IMG/VR virus record: IMGVR_UViG_3300020438_000186
Coordinates: 1-29,394 of that record
Direction: 5' to 3' (one strand)
DNA: 29,394 bases
Source of the DNA: a virus
Lineage: Duplodnaviria; Caudoviricetes
The notes beneath the pieces were generated by a model. That model did not search any database. It had not been told where the DNA came from and saw nothing but the letters and a program-made list of their open reading frames with translations. This document shows positions 15,934 through 25,517 of this stretch, piece after piece. Each line of letters opens with the position of its first letter. Position 1 is the first letter of the stretch. Both the position numbers and the translations under genes were made by a program.

Positions 15934-18900
15934 GTTTAAGAGCACTACATACTGATGTTCAAGGGGCTCTCTTGAAGGGAGATCCCTTTGTTTATGCACA
16001 TTTAATAAAATTTGAAAGAGTAATAAAAACTGTAAGTGCAAAACCTTCCGAATCTGCTACTGATTATTCCTATATTACAGATGCTTCCGTCGATATTTCT
16101 TGGGATGATGGTAGTACAGATGTTGCAGATGATCCTAATGGGGCACAAACTTATGTAGCAAATCGCCTTTTAAAAGTAGGGGGGATTAATGAAACAACTG
16201 AAGCTAAAGCCTCTAATTTAGCAATAACTGTATCCTCCGTTGCTTTAGGTGCTACTATGGTAGCCAGCAGTACTAATAGAATAAACCTCACGAGAGTTAA
16301 TACTAGCACGTATCCCTATACTGGTGCTTTAACTTTGCTTGATTCAAATGTTGATGATTGGGTTGAGAGCGGTTTTTCAGAAGGGGATAAGATTACAATC
16401 ACTCACCCAACTAGTGATTGGAATGGTCTAGAGGCGACAATAGACTCTTTTACAAGTTCAAATATACAAGCAAATATTACTTTTGTCGGAAAAACCCAAC
16501 CTGCTGCCTATCAAGTTAATCAATCTAATGCCACTATTGACTTATCAACTGATGAAGTCGTTGCAATCTTAAATAATCCTAATGATACTAGTTATGCTGG
16601 TTATATAAACAGAGAAGTTTTTATATATAAAGCACATATAAATTCTGATACAGGAGCCATTATTGGCGAACCTTATTTAGTATTTAAAGGAATTATTGCC
16701 AAAGCTAAACTATCGGAAGACCCCTCGAAAGACTCAAAAGTTACATGGAGTTTAACAAGTCATTGGGGTGACTTTGTAAGAGTGAATGGACGTAGAACTG
16801 CAGATTCAGATCATCGAGCTATTTCCAATAATGGTGAGCCTGATCCTTCTTCTTTACATCGATTTGAATATGCGGGCGATATGGGATTTATGCATAGTGA
16901 AACAGCAGTAAATATTATTGCAATATACCAAGTAATGGAAACTCGGTATAAGATGAAAAGCTCTGGATTTCTTGGTCTGAAGAAGAAGATGAAAGAGTAC
17001 CAAGTAGAAGTTGATAGAGATGTCGACTTACGAATAAATCTAGAAGCCAAGTATCTACCTGTAGTTTACGGAGTTAATAGAGTTGATAGTATTCCGGTTT
17101 TTGCAGATTCATTAAAATCGGATTCGGCAATGATTTATGTTGTCTATGCAATATGCGAGGGAGAGGTTAGTGGGCTCTACGATATTTATGTTGATGACCA
17201 ATCTCGAATATGTATAGATAAAAACGACTTTGACACTAGATCTACCCAAACAGGTGAAAAAACTATTGATGTTATATGTGAGGGTAGAATGGATCGTGGA
17301 GATACCTTAAGTTCCTCTGCTTCCGCTAATAGAGCTGTAGGAGTTAACGCAGGTCTGGATATCTATACTGCTGGTTGGACAGGGCCTTTCGGTAATGCTT
17401 TATTCTATCACCAAGGTCGTAACTATGGGCGTAACAGAGCTCCAGTAATTAATAATAATTCTGATGCTGGCGTAACCCACGAAAAACAAACTACTTTACA
17501 ATACCCTATTAAAAGCACGCTACAATTTCATGCGGGTCGTCCTTATCAACGCTCCAATGATATGCTCACAGGTATTGCTTCCGCAGGAACAGGAACAGGA
17601 ACCGGAGGTTTTAAACTTCAAGGGGATATAGCAGAAGATAAAGATAACTACTGGAATGCAAACCATAGATTACTCGATACTGCATATGTAGCTGCAGAGT
17701 TCGAAATTGCTGAAGGGGATGTAACAATTCCTCAACTTGATTTTGTTATTCGAGGAAAAGAAATTGAACAATACAATTACGATTATTCCTATAATGTGGC
17801 ACCAAATGTAATTCCCGCCACAGCAGCTACTTTACGAAGCACTTATTTTAAAGTAGGCGATAAAGTAGACTTTTATAAAGGAAACGGTGCTGCTCTAGCT
17901 CAAGATGTTCAAATAGCTGCGATAACTAAGTATATAAACTCTAGGGAAGAAGAAGTCTGGAAGTTTAGATTTGTTTCCGATCCTTTAGTTAATAATAGTA
18001 CTGTAACATCTTTCAAAATGGTTGTAAATGGGGAAGCCCATAACCATGCTAGTGCTTATTGGATGGTTACTTGGGACCATAAAACGTTATCCAGTAATGT
18101 TCTAACTAAAACACTAACTAAACTAGTAACTACAAATAGTGGTGATGCTAATGCCACAGCGACAGATAATGGTACTACTGGAGGAGTTGACATAACTAAT
18201 CTACCTGCTGATCTACAAACGTGGATAGATTATTTAAAAGCTCAGGGCGGTATTACTATTTCAGTGATGGGAACTAGCTTTACCATTACCGCCGAAGATT
18301 TATTAGAAAATTTAGCCCAAATTACTATAGACAGTGGGGGAACCAACGCTACCGCAGTACCTGATGGTTCTGATACAAAATTACAGCTACCAACAGGAAA
18401 AGCGGATGCTGGAGAGATACTAATAACAAACGGTCTTTATATTGGTGACGCAACCGGTGTAGTAACTTCGACAGATGCTGCACAGGACGACTATTATAAA
18501 GGGCAGCGAGTAAGAATTACTCAAACTCTAGCAGGAGGAGATATAAGAACCCAAACTAGAGAAATCATTGGGTATGACGCTTCAGAAAAAATAATATATA
18601 CAGGAAGCTTTGGTCCCGCAGAAGAAAACTCGGCCAGTGTAGGTAACTTTACTGTAGCGGAAACAACCAACTGGAACAACTCTGTTAAATTAACTAGTGT
18701 ATCAGGTTTAGCGGTTAATAATGTAATTACTGGGGTTACCTCGACAACAGGTGGAGCGAATGCTTATATCCCCCACGATACAAAAATTACTGATATCAAT
18801 ACTACAACTAAGGTTATAACCGTTAGTAATATTTGTTCCTTCCCAAAAAATTCCGTTATTTCTAGTGCAGTGTCTACTAATTCTGAGGGTACGGTTGCTA

Positions 18901-21900
18901 CTGGGCATCCGTTTGAATTTATGCCTTTAGGAACAGATAAAAGTACTACTGCTAATACTAAATGGGAGATTTTACCTTTAGGAGACACAAAAGTATCTAT
19001 TAATCCAGCAGCTCAATTATTAGATTATCTGACGAGTAGAAGGTATGGAAAAGGATTAGACATAGATAAAGACATAGATTTAGCTAGTTTTCAAGCAACT
19101 ATGCGAGCTTGTGATACCCGTTCTGACGTAACTTTAATTTTACCTGCTGGTACTTATAATGCAGGAGATAAATACTCTCTTACTACAGTTGTCGAAGTTG
19201 ATGGTTCTAATCAAAACTTTTTTCAATGGCAGGGCACAGTAAAAGAAAAAGAAGCGTGTACTGGCTACTCAGTCAATAATTTAGAAGCGGTTACTTTTAC
19301 TGATTGTATTGGAAAAATAGCCCATAAATGGTATAACTGGAAGTCTTTTGATAGAGGCAATATATATTACCATAAAGTTGGAAATGTTAATCGGATATAC
19401 GGTGCTGCAAATACCGGCGTTATATCTAGTGAACCTACTACTGGTCATGAAACTAGTTTAACTATTGTTAAAGAAGGCGGAGGAAATGTAGCTGTCTGGT
19501 TAGGTGCAGATGTTGCAGGTAACGGAGGATCAACTGCTACAGAATCTTCTTGGGATCATAACCCGGTGGTTAAAAGCTACGACGGTAGTGGGCCTGAAAA
19601 GAATTTCTCTCCTAGTGGGTATTCATTATACGACTCTGATGACGTAAAATATTGGAGGTATTTAGGCTGGCAAAATCATAGTCAAGATGAAGTAACTCGT
19701 CATCAAACTAACGCTGTAATTAGAAGCGAGACTCCTTTATTTGATAATGTTAACTCAATGCTAGAACATTTTAATGGAATATTAAGGTACACTAATGGTA
19801 AATACGAATTAGACATAGAAACAGCGGCGCCTACTATTCCCGCCACTATAACTTATGATAGTGTTGCTTACCCCGACCCTAGACGAATTCATGCAGACGA
19901 CATTATCGGGGCTATTAGTGTTGATGATGCGGGACTAAAGGGTAGTGCCAATACTGTATCTGTAGGTATATCTGACCCTGCCATAAGGTATGATAAGCGT
20001 AGTGTAAGTTTTTATAATAGTGACTATTTAAAAGAAGATAGAGGAATACCTAAGAAAAAATCGGTAAAAACTCCTCTAATAACGAACTATTTTAATGCTA
20101 GAATGAACGCTGAGCAGTATTTAATTGACTCTCGGTATGCAAGAAAAATTAGTTTTTCACTTGGTCCTCAAGGCACTTTATTATTAGCAGGCGATATAAT
20201 TTTAATAACTTACCCTCGTTTTGGTTGGGAAGATAAAGAATTTAGAATTAGTAATCTACAGATAAAAGAAGACTGCTTAATACAAGTAACTGCTGAAGAA
20301 CATGATGATTCTGTTTATAAAATTGGAGCAAAGAAAAGAAAGCTAGGTTCTGATGCAGGCGGACGAAGCGAGGGAGGTACTGGCAGAGCTGGAGGAGGTG
20401 GTAAAGCTCCCGATAACCCTACAGGATTGACTGCTACAGGTATAAATAATGCTATTAATTTAGCATGGGATAATGCTGGAAATTTTGGTACCAAAGGGAA
20501 TAACGTAGAAATTGCTTGGAATACTGTCATTTATAGACATACTAGCAATAGTTTTGCTGATGCAACTCCTATTACGACATTTGCACCCACAACAGCTTCT
20601 GAAGCGATAACTTCGTACAAAGACCCATTTCCAGATATTACTTCTGATACAACTTATTATTACTGGATTAAGCATGTACGTAGCGGAGTAAGTTCTGTTG
20701 TTCATCCCACTGCAGCTAACGGTGTTGATGCAGGCAACGGAGTAAGTGCAACAGCTATATCCGCTGCTGGTTCTACTGGTATTCTATATTTGTATAAGAG
20801 TTCGATAGCCGAACCCACAGACGATCCTAGTGATGATAGTGTATTTCCTACTGTAACTGTTTCTTTATCTGGAGCTAATGCGGGTAAAATTACAGGAGTT
20901 GCGTCTGGACAAAGTTCTGCTGCTCTTACAAACAATCAAATTATAGATACGGCAGGTAACGGTACAGGATGGTATATTGAACCAGTCGACGCAACAGACG
21001 GAGATCATTTTGTTTGGGTAGTTGCAGCAACCGGTAGTAGTGCTGGTGCAACTGATGAAATTGCAAGAGCAGAGTGGACAGAGCCTGTTAAATGGTCTGG
21101 AGGCGCAGGATTAAATCAAGCAACGGTAGTCCTTTATCAACTAACAAACTCTGGTAGCGCTCCCGCAGACCCAAGTGGAGACCTTATTTATACTTTTGCT
21201 TCGGGAGCATTAACTACTAATAATTTAAATAATTGGAGTACTGCTGCTTCTTCGCCTGTAGCAAATAATCAATATTTATGGAGAATAACTGCTGCAGCCA
21301 TAGGTAGAAAAGATACCCATACTATCCCTGCGGCAGACTGGGCGACTGCAGTAATACATTCCCAATTCGGAGTGGGAGCAGACGGAGCCAGTGCTAAAGC
21401 AGTAAAATTAACTGCAAATAAGTATGCTATTGCTTTTAATCAGGATGGAACAGAAAATGATGCTCTTACTTTTACAGCTACCCCTCAAGGACTAACAGGA
21501 ACAGGAACTTATAAATTCGATGTAGATGCGGGTAGTGGTTTTGTACAAAAGCAAGCTGCAAGTAGTACTGCTACGTATGCAATGGCTGATGCAGATGAAC
21601 CAGCCTCTGGCGACGCGCATGTTGTTAAAGTAACTATGTATGACGGAGGTACTGCAGTTGCAACTGATTCTGTCTCTGTTTATGGTGTTCAAGATGGTTC
21701 TGATGCTTTAACTATTATTTTTACAAACGAAGCCCATGTTCTGCCTGCAAATAATGCAGGTGCAGTTAGTTCTTATGCAGGGTCTGGAACAGATATTAGA
21801 ATTTATAAAGGAGCTACTTTATTAACTGCTGCAACAAGTGGAACAACTGTAAATACTTTTAAAGCTACAGCAAGTGCTTCAAGTATAACTGCTTCTTCTT

Positions 21901-22673
21901 CAACAGGTGTCGTTACAAACGTTTTAGGTACAAACGACACTTTAAGGTATGCTAATCATAGTAGTATGACAGCAGACAATGCTTCTATTACTTATACGAT
22001 AACTGCATACACCGCTGCAGGAACTACTACTCTTACAAAAGTACAAAGTTTTTCAAAGAGCAAAAAAGGAGAAACTGGAAATACACCTGACGCTCCAGAT
22101 GATGGAGAGGACGGAAAAAGAACTGTACATGGATACCTTTACTATGAGAAGACTACCTCTGGCTCTCCAGTTGCTCCTGGGGAGAAAACATATACATTTG
22201 CCACAGGTGATATAGATGGAGCAGCAACAGGCGGTAACGCCAATGAAGTTAGATCACTAGCAGATGGCACCGCTACAAATGCTTGGACAAATGAACCAAG
22301 ACCTCAAGACCCAACTAATGGGAATACACATTGGACAGTTCGATACTTTGGTACAGAAGCAGCTGCAAATAGCTCCAATTTAGAAGTAACTTATTCAAAT
22401 ATAGTACAGTACACAAACTTTACAGGAGTTGTAACCTTTACAAATGGTACTTTTAGCTCGGGCGATACAGCATTAAATAATCCCAGCAGTAACAGTACTT
22501 CTATTGATGGCGGAAATATAAGAACAGGTACTATTGACGCTAATCAACTAGCAATTTCTAATAATGCAAGTGGATCTACAGGTATTTTTATGAGTGCTAG
22601 TAACAATCAACCAAAAATAGAGATACATGATGGTACTGCAATACGTGTCGTACTTGGTTATTTAGGTTCATAA
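15930..22673 (+). CDS. Baseplate hub (Tal, pb3-like) plus central fibre/spike in one 2247-aa protein
   Basis: ATGA overlap with Dit; hub motifs WSLTSHWGDFVRVNGR, YLPVVYGV, YAICEGEV, SINPAAQLLDYLTSRRYGKGL, GDIILITYPRFGW; FNIII-like APDNPTGLTATG...YYYWIKHV; C-terminal spike-like IDGGNIRTGTIDANQL...RVVLGYL. Confidence 0.85.
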   Translation: MSLRALHTDVQGALLKGDPFVYAHLIKFERVIKTVSAKPSESATDYSYITDASVDISWDDGSTDVADDPNGAQTYVANRLLKVGGINETTEAKASNLAITVSSVALGATMVASSTNRINLTRVNTSTYPYTGALTLLDSNVDDWVESGFSEGDKITITHPTSDWNGLEATIDSFTSSNIQANITFVGKTQPAAYQVNQSNATIDLSTDEVVAILNNPNDTSYAGYINREVFIYKAHINSDTGAIIGEPYLVFKGIIAKAKLSEDPSKDSKVTWSLTSHWGDFVRVNGRRTADSDHRAISNNGEPDPSSLHRFEYAGDMGFMHSETAVNIIAIYQVMETRYKMKSSGFLGLKKKMKEYQVEVDRDVDLRINLEAKYLPVVYGVNRVDSIPVFADSLKSDSAMIYVVYAICEGEVSGLYDIYVDDQSRICIDKNDFDTRSTQTGEKTIDVICEGRMDRGDTLSSSASANRAVGVNAGLDIYTAGWTGPFGNALFYHQGRNYGRNRAPVINNNSDAGVTHEKQTTLQYPIKSTLQFHAGRPYQRSNDMLTGIASAGTGTGTGGFKLQGDIAEDKDNYWNANHRLLDTAYVAAEFEIAEGDVTIPQLDFVIRGKEIEQYNYDYSYNVAPNVIPATAATLRSTYFKVGDKVDFYKGNGAALAQDVQIAAITKYINSREEEVWKFRFVSDPLVNNSTVTSFKMVVNGEAHNHASAYWMVTWDHKTLSSNVLTKTLTKLVTTNSGDANATATDNGTTGGVDITNLPADLQTWIDYLKAQGGITISVMGTSFTITAEDLLENLAQITIDSGGTNATAVPDGSDTKLQLPTGKADAGEILITNGLYIGDATGVVTSTDAAQDDYYKGQRVRITQTLAGGDIRTQTREIIGYDASEKIIYTGSFGPAEENSASVGNFTVAETTNWNNSVKLTSVSGLAVNNVITGVTSTTGGANAYIPHDTKITDINTTTKVITVSNICSFPKNSVISSAVSTNSEGTVATGHPFEFMPLGTDKSTTANTKWEILPLGDTKVSINPAAQLLDYLTSRRYGKGLDIDKDIDLASFQATMRACDTRSDVTLILPAGTYNAGDKYSLTTVVEVDGSNQNFFQWQGTVKEKEACTGYSVNNLEAVTFTDCIGKIAHKWYNWKSFDRGNIYYHKVGNVNRIYGAANTGVISSEPTTGHETSLTIVKEGGGNVAVWLGADVAGNGGSTATESSWDHNPVVKSYDGSGPEKNFSPSGYSLYDSDDVKYWRYLGWQNHSQDEVTRHQTNAVIRSETPLFDNVNSMLEHFNGILRYTNGKYELDIETAAPTIPATITYDSVAYPDPRRIHADDIIGAISVDDAGLKGSANTVSVGISDPAIRYDKRSVSFYNSDYLKEDRGIPKKKSVKTPLITNYFNARMNAEQYLIDSRYARKISFSLGPQGTLLLAGDIILITYPRFGWEDKEFRISNLQIKEDCLIQVTAEEHDDSVYKIGAKKRKLGSDAGGRSEGGTGRAGGGGKAPDNPTGLTATGINNAINLAWDNAGNFGTKGNNVEIAWNTVIYRHTSNSFADATPITTFAPTTASEAITSYKDPFPDITSDTTYYYWIKHVRSGVSSVVHPTAANGVDAGNGVSATAISAAGSTGILYLYKSSIAEPTDDPSDDSVFPTVTVSLSGANAGKITGVASGQSSAALTNNQIIDTAGNGTGWYIEPVDATDGDHFVWVVAATGSSAGATDEIARAEWTEPVKWSGGAGLNQATVVLYQLTNSGSAPADPSGDLIYTFASGALTTNNLNNWSTAASSPVANNQYLWRITAAAIGRKDTHTIPAADWATAVIHSQFGVGADGASAKAVKLTANKYAIAFNQDGTENDALTFTATPQGLTGTGTYKFDVDAGSGFVQKQAASSTATYAMADADEPASGDAHVVKVTMYDGGTAVATDSVSVYGVQDGSDALTIIFTNEAHVLPANNAGAVSSYAGSGTDIRIYKGATLLTAATSGTTVNTFKATASASSITASSSTGVVTNVLGTNDTLRYANHSSMTADNASITYTITAYTAAGTTTLTKVQSFSKSKKGETGNTPDAPDDGEDGKRTVHGYLYYEKTTSGSPVAPGEKTYTFATGDIDGAATGGNANEVRSLADGTATNAWTNEPRPQDPTNGNTHWTVRYFGTEAAANSSNLEVTYSNIVQYTNFTGVVTFTNGTFSSGDTALNNPSSNSTSIDGGNIRTGTIDANQLAISNNASGSTGIFMSASNNQPKIEIHDGTAIRVVLGYLGS

Positions 22674-22683
22674 TAACCACCGC

Positions 22684-22723
22684 AAAAATAAAACTTGACT
22701 AAGCATGTCCTTTGAGATATAAT
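22684..22723 (+). promoter_or_regulatory. Sigma70-type promoter P3 driving the fibre gene array
   Basis: AAAAATA (22684-22690), TTGACT (22695-22700), 17-bp spacer, TATAAT (22718-22723); SD GGAG before ATG 22742. Confidence 0.85.
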
Positions 22724-22741
22724 TTCAGAATGGAGATATAA

Positions 22742-23080
22742 ATGACCGCAGCAACATACGACTTAGTGATCGACCAAGGGTCCGACTTTGCGATTGACTT
22801 AACAATTACAGAGGGAGGAACGGCGAAAAATCTTACTGGCTACTCAGGCAGGGCACAACTGCGTACGACTCATGCAGCCTCTAGTGCGACTGCAAGTTTT
22901 ACTGTATCTGTAGTTAATGCCGCTAATGGGACAATGAAAATGGAAATGCAAGCTGTTACTACAACGGGTATTGCTGCCGGTAGATACGTATATGATATGG
23001 AAATTCATACAGCTAATAATGCTACGGTTAAAAGACTAATACAAGGGAGCGTGACAATAAATCCTGAGGTAACTAGATGA
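22742..23080 (+). CDS. Collar / fibre-attachment protein (position of T5 p132), Ig-like
   Basis: YDLVIDQGSDF...NLTGYSGRAQLR...GRYVYDMEI...RLIQGSVTINPEVTR; first gene after the hub. Confidence 0.72.
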   Translation: MTAATYDLVIDQGSDFAIDLTITEGGTAKNLTGYSGRAQLRTTHAASSATASFTVSVVNAANGTMKMEMQAVTTTGIAAGRYVYDMEIHTANNATVKRLIQGSVTINPEVTR

Positions 23081-23484
23081 CAACCTTAGGAACAAAAGTT
23101 GCTATTACCGAAGAAGTTACAGAGGTTTCGGTAACTAATAATAGTAGTATTCAGGTTACTTTAGATGATACTACTACTACTCTTGTTACTGTAAATAACC
23201 TTGCACTTCCAGCACAATTTCAAGATGCAGCAAATATTGCAATAACTCCTTACAATACTATAACATCTAGCAATCTACAGACTGCTTTGCAACAACTTGC
23301 AGATCAAAGTTTTAGAGGTGCTGATGCCCCCACAGGGAGTAATATAGAGCAAGGAGATCTTTGGTACGAAACAGATACCGAGACATTAAAAATCTACAGA
23401 GAAGTTTCTTCCAACGTGTTTAACTGGGTTCCAGTAGCAATGGGCACAGGGGATTCTGACACTTTAGACGGAGGGTCTTACTAA
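23077..23484 (+). CDS. Short fibre/linker protein ending in LDGGSY
   Basis: 135 aa; beta-rich N-terminus, SSNLQTALQQL helix, APTGSNIEQGDLWYETDTETLKIY...W module; ATGA overlap. Confidence 0.65.
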   Translation: MTTLGTKVAITEEVTEVSVTNNSSIQVTLDDTTTTLVTVNNLALPAQFQDAANIAITPYNTITSSNLQTALQQLADQSFRGADAPTGSNIEQGDLWYETDTETLKIYREVSSNVFNWVPVAMGTGDSDTLDGGSY

Positions 23485-23503
23485 GACCCGATAGGCTTTT
23501 ATT

Positions 23504-24364
23504 ATGGCACAAGTAATTAAAATCAAAAGATCTACAGGAACGAGCGCTCCTTCAACGCTTGCAGTAGGAGAATTAGCCTATAGTAAAGGTAGTGACACTT
23601 TTTATGTGGGAGACCCTGCTACTGCTAATACTCCTATTGCTATTGGCGGAGCGATTAAAAACAATGCAGGTACACCAGTACTTGCAACAGGAATTACAGC
23701 AGATGAGATAGCATCTTTAATTCTGCCATCAATTTCCTCGAATATTACCCTTGGAGATGCTACAGACGTAACTCTTACGACTGCGGGGGGATTAACGGTA
23801 ACAGGTAATCTTACTGTTAATGGTACAACAACTACTGTTAACTCGACTACAACTACCGTCGATGATCCCATCTTTACGGTTGGGGGAGATTCAGCACCGG
23901 GTTCTGACGATAACAAAGATAGAGGTATCGAATTCCGTTGGCACAATGGTAGTGCAGCAAAAGTAGGTTTCTTCGGATTTGATGATAGTACAGGTAAATT
24001 TACTTTTATTCCTGATGCTACTAATAGTTCCGAAGTATTTTCTGGAACTGCAGGTACAGTTGTAGCAAATCTAGAAGGTAACGTAACTGGTAATGTAACA
24101 GGTAATGTAACCGGCGACCTTATAATTGGTGGGCATACAGTAAGCGATATCGATATTGGTAGTGAATTTAATGATGTTGATGATCATTTAATGAGTGCGG
24201 GTGCAATTAAAGAAAAAATTGAAGCATATGGGTACGCCTCGGGTGACATAACTCAATTAGTAATTTCGAGTACGGATGCAAGTATTACAGGTACAGGTAC
24301 AGGAGCCAGCGGAAATATTTCGTTTGACTTACAAGTAGGAACTATAGACGGCGGAACATACTAA
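23504..24364 (+). CDS. Fibre protein with Mtd_N-like N-terminal module, ending IDGGTY
   Basis: MAQVIKIKRSTGTSAPSTLAVGELAY; LTVTGNLTVNGTTTTVNSTTTTVDDP; DRGIEFRW; GNVT repeats. Confidence 0.75.
   Translation: MAQVIKIKRSTGTSAPSTLAVGELAYSKGSDTFYVGDPATANTPIAIGGAIKNNAGTPVLATGITADEIASLILPSISSNITLGDATDVTLTTAGGLTVTGNLTVNGTTTTVNSTTTTVDDPIFTVGGDSAPGSDDNKDRGIEFRWHNGSAAKVGFFGFDDSTGKFTFIPDATNSSEVFSGTAGTVVANLEGNVTGNVTGNVTGDLIIGGHTVSDIDIGSEFNDVDDHLMSAGAIKEKIEAYGYASGDITQLVISSTDASITGTGTGASGNISFDLQVGTIDGGTY
24077..24112 (+). repeat. 3 x 12-bp tandem repeat encoding GNVT
   Basis: ggtaacgtaact ggtaatgtaaca ggtaatgtaacc. Confidence 0.85.
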
Positions 24365-24375
24365 TAGGATAGGTC

Positions 24376-25209
24376 ATGGCTCAGGTAATTAAACCAAAAC
24401 GTAGTTATACAGCTGGAGATGCTCCTACTACTTCCGATCTTGCAGTCGGTGAAATTGCAATCAATACCGCTGATGCTAAACTATATATTCGTGATAACTC
24501 GAATAATATAGTTGCAATTGCAGGCGGTGGCGGTACTGCAAGTGGTGCAACTACAGAAGTAACACAATCGAGTCATGGTCTTGCTATCAAAGATTGTATT
24601 CGCCACAATGGTACAGCATGGGTAAAAGCACAAGCAGATGATGGCGCCACTTTAGCACTAGGAGTAGTTACTGAAGTAGCTAATAGTAATACTTTTACAG
24701 TTGCACAGTCAGGACGATTTGAGTTAAGTTCACACGGTCTTACAGTGGGACAATGGTATTATTTAAGTGCTGCAACTGCTGGACTTTTAACAACTACTGA
24801 ACCTACAATTTCACAGCCTTTAGTATATGTAGAAGGATCAAATCATTTATTTGTTTATCCTTATCGTCCTACAAATCTATTAGTAAATGGTAGTGCCTCT
24901 ATAGTACCTGGCGATGGTACTGTTACTCTTGCAAAAATGGCAGTAAACAGTATAGATAGTGATCAGTATGTAGATGGAAGTATTGATACCGCACATATAG
25001 CGGATAATGCGGTAACTCTTGCAAAAATGGCAGGTGGGACAGATGGAAATCTTATAAGCTACGATGCTAGTGGAGATCCAGTAGCAGTAGCGACTGGTAG
25101 CGCAGGACAAATTCTAACCTCTGCTGGAGCAGGTGCGCCTCCAACATTTCAGACTCCAGCAGCAGGCGGACCGAGTGTTGGTAAAGCTTTCTTTATGGGA
25201 CAATTATAA
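24376..25209 (+). CDS. Fibre protein with Mtd_N-like N-terminus, ending in hydrophobic helix GKAFFMGQL
   Basis: MAQVIKPKRSYTAGDAPTTSDLAVGEIAINTADAKLY; central WVKAQAD..LGVV..GQWYYLS domain; VTLAKMA repeats; GSAGQILTSAGAGAPPTF motif. Confidence 0.75.
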   Translation: MAQVIKPKRSYTAGDAPTTSDLAVGEIAINTADAKLYIRDNSNNIVAIAGGGGTASGATTEVTQSSHGLAIKDCIRHNGTAWVKAQADDGATLALGVVTEVANSNTFTVAQSGRFELSSHGLTVGQWYYLSAATAGLLTTTEPTISQPLVYVEGSNHLFVYPYRPTNLLVNGSASIVPGDGTVTLAKMAVNSIDSDQYVDGSIDTAHIADNAVTLAKMAGGTDGNLISYDASGDPVAVATGSAGQILTSAGAGAPPTFQTPAAGGPSVGKAFFMGQL

Positions 25210-25517
25210 TGGCAGTTAAAATATCGGGTGTAAACCTAGCAGCAAATACAACAGCAAACATCGGACAGGCAGGTTCAAATGGTGGAACTTATACTGTGCA
25301 CATATTAAATCGAGGAACTTCTTCTGCTTTCGTGCAGTTAGGTGTAGGAGATTCTTCTGCAACCTTTGATACAACTCAAAAGCTGTTGGAAAATACTTCT
25401 ATAGGAGTGAATGAAAGTTTAAGCTTCTCTCCTGTAGTTGCGGGTGCAAGTGACTATGTAATTGGCAGATCAACCGTGGCGAATGTAAACATGGTGATGA
25501 TGGGACACGACGAATAA
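25209..25517 (+). CDS. Small beta-sandwich adaptor protein (copy 1)
   Basis: 102 aa, TAATG overlaps at both ends; TVHILNRGTSSAFVQL...TSIGVNESL pattern similar to 27115..27450. Confidence 0.65.
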   Translation: MAVKISGVNLAANTTANIGQAGSNGGTYTVHILNRGTSSAFVQLGVGDSSATFDTTQKLLENTSIGVNESLSFSPVVAGASDYVIGRSTVANVNMVMMGHDE

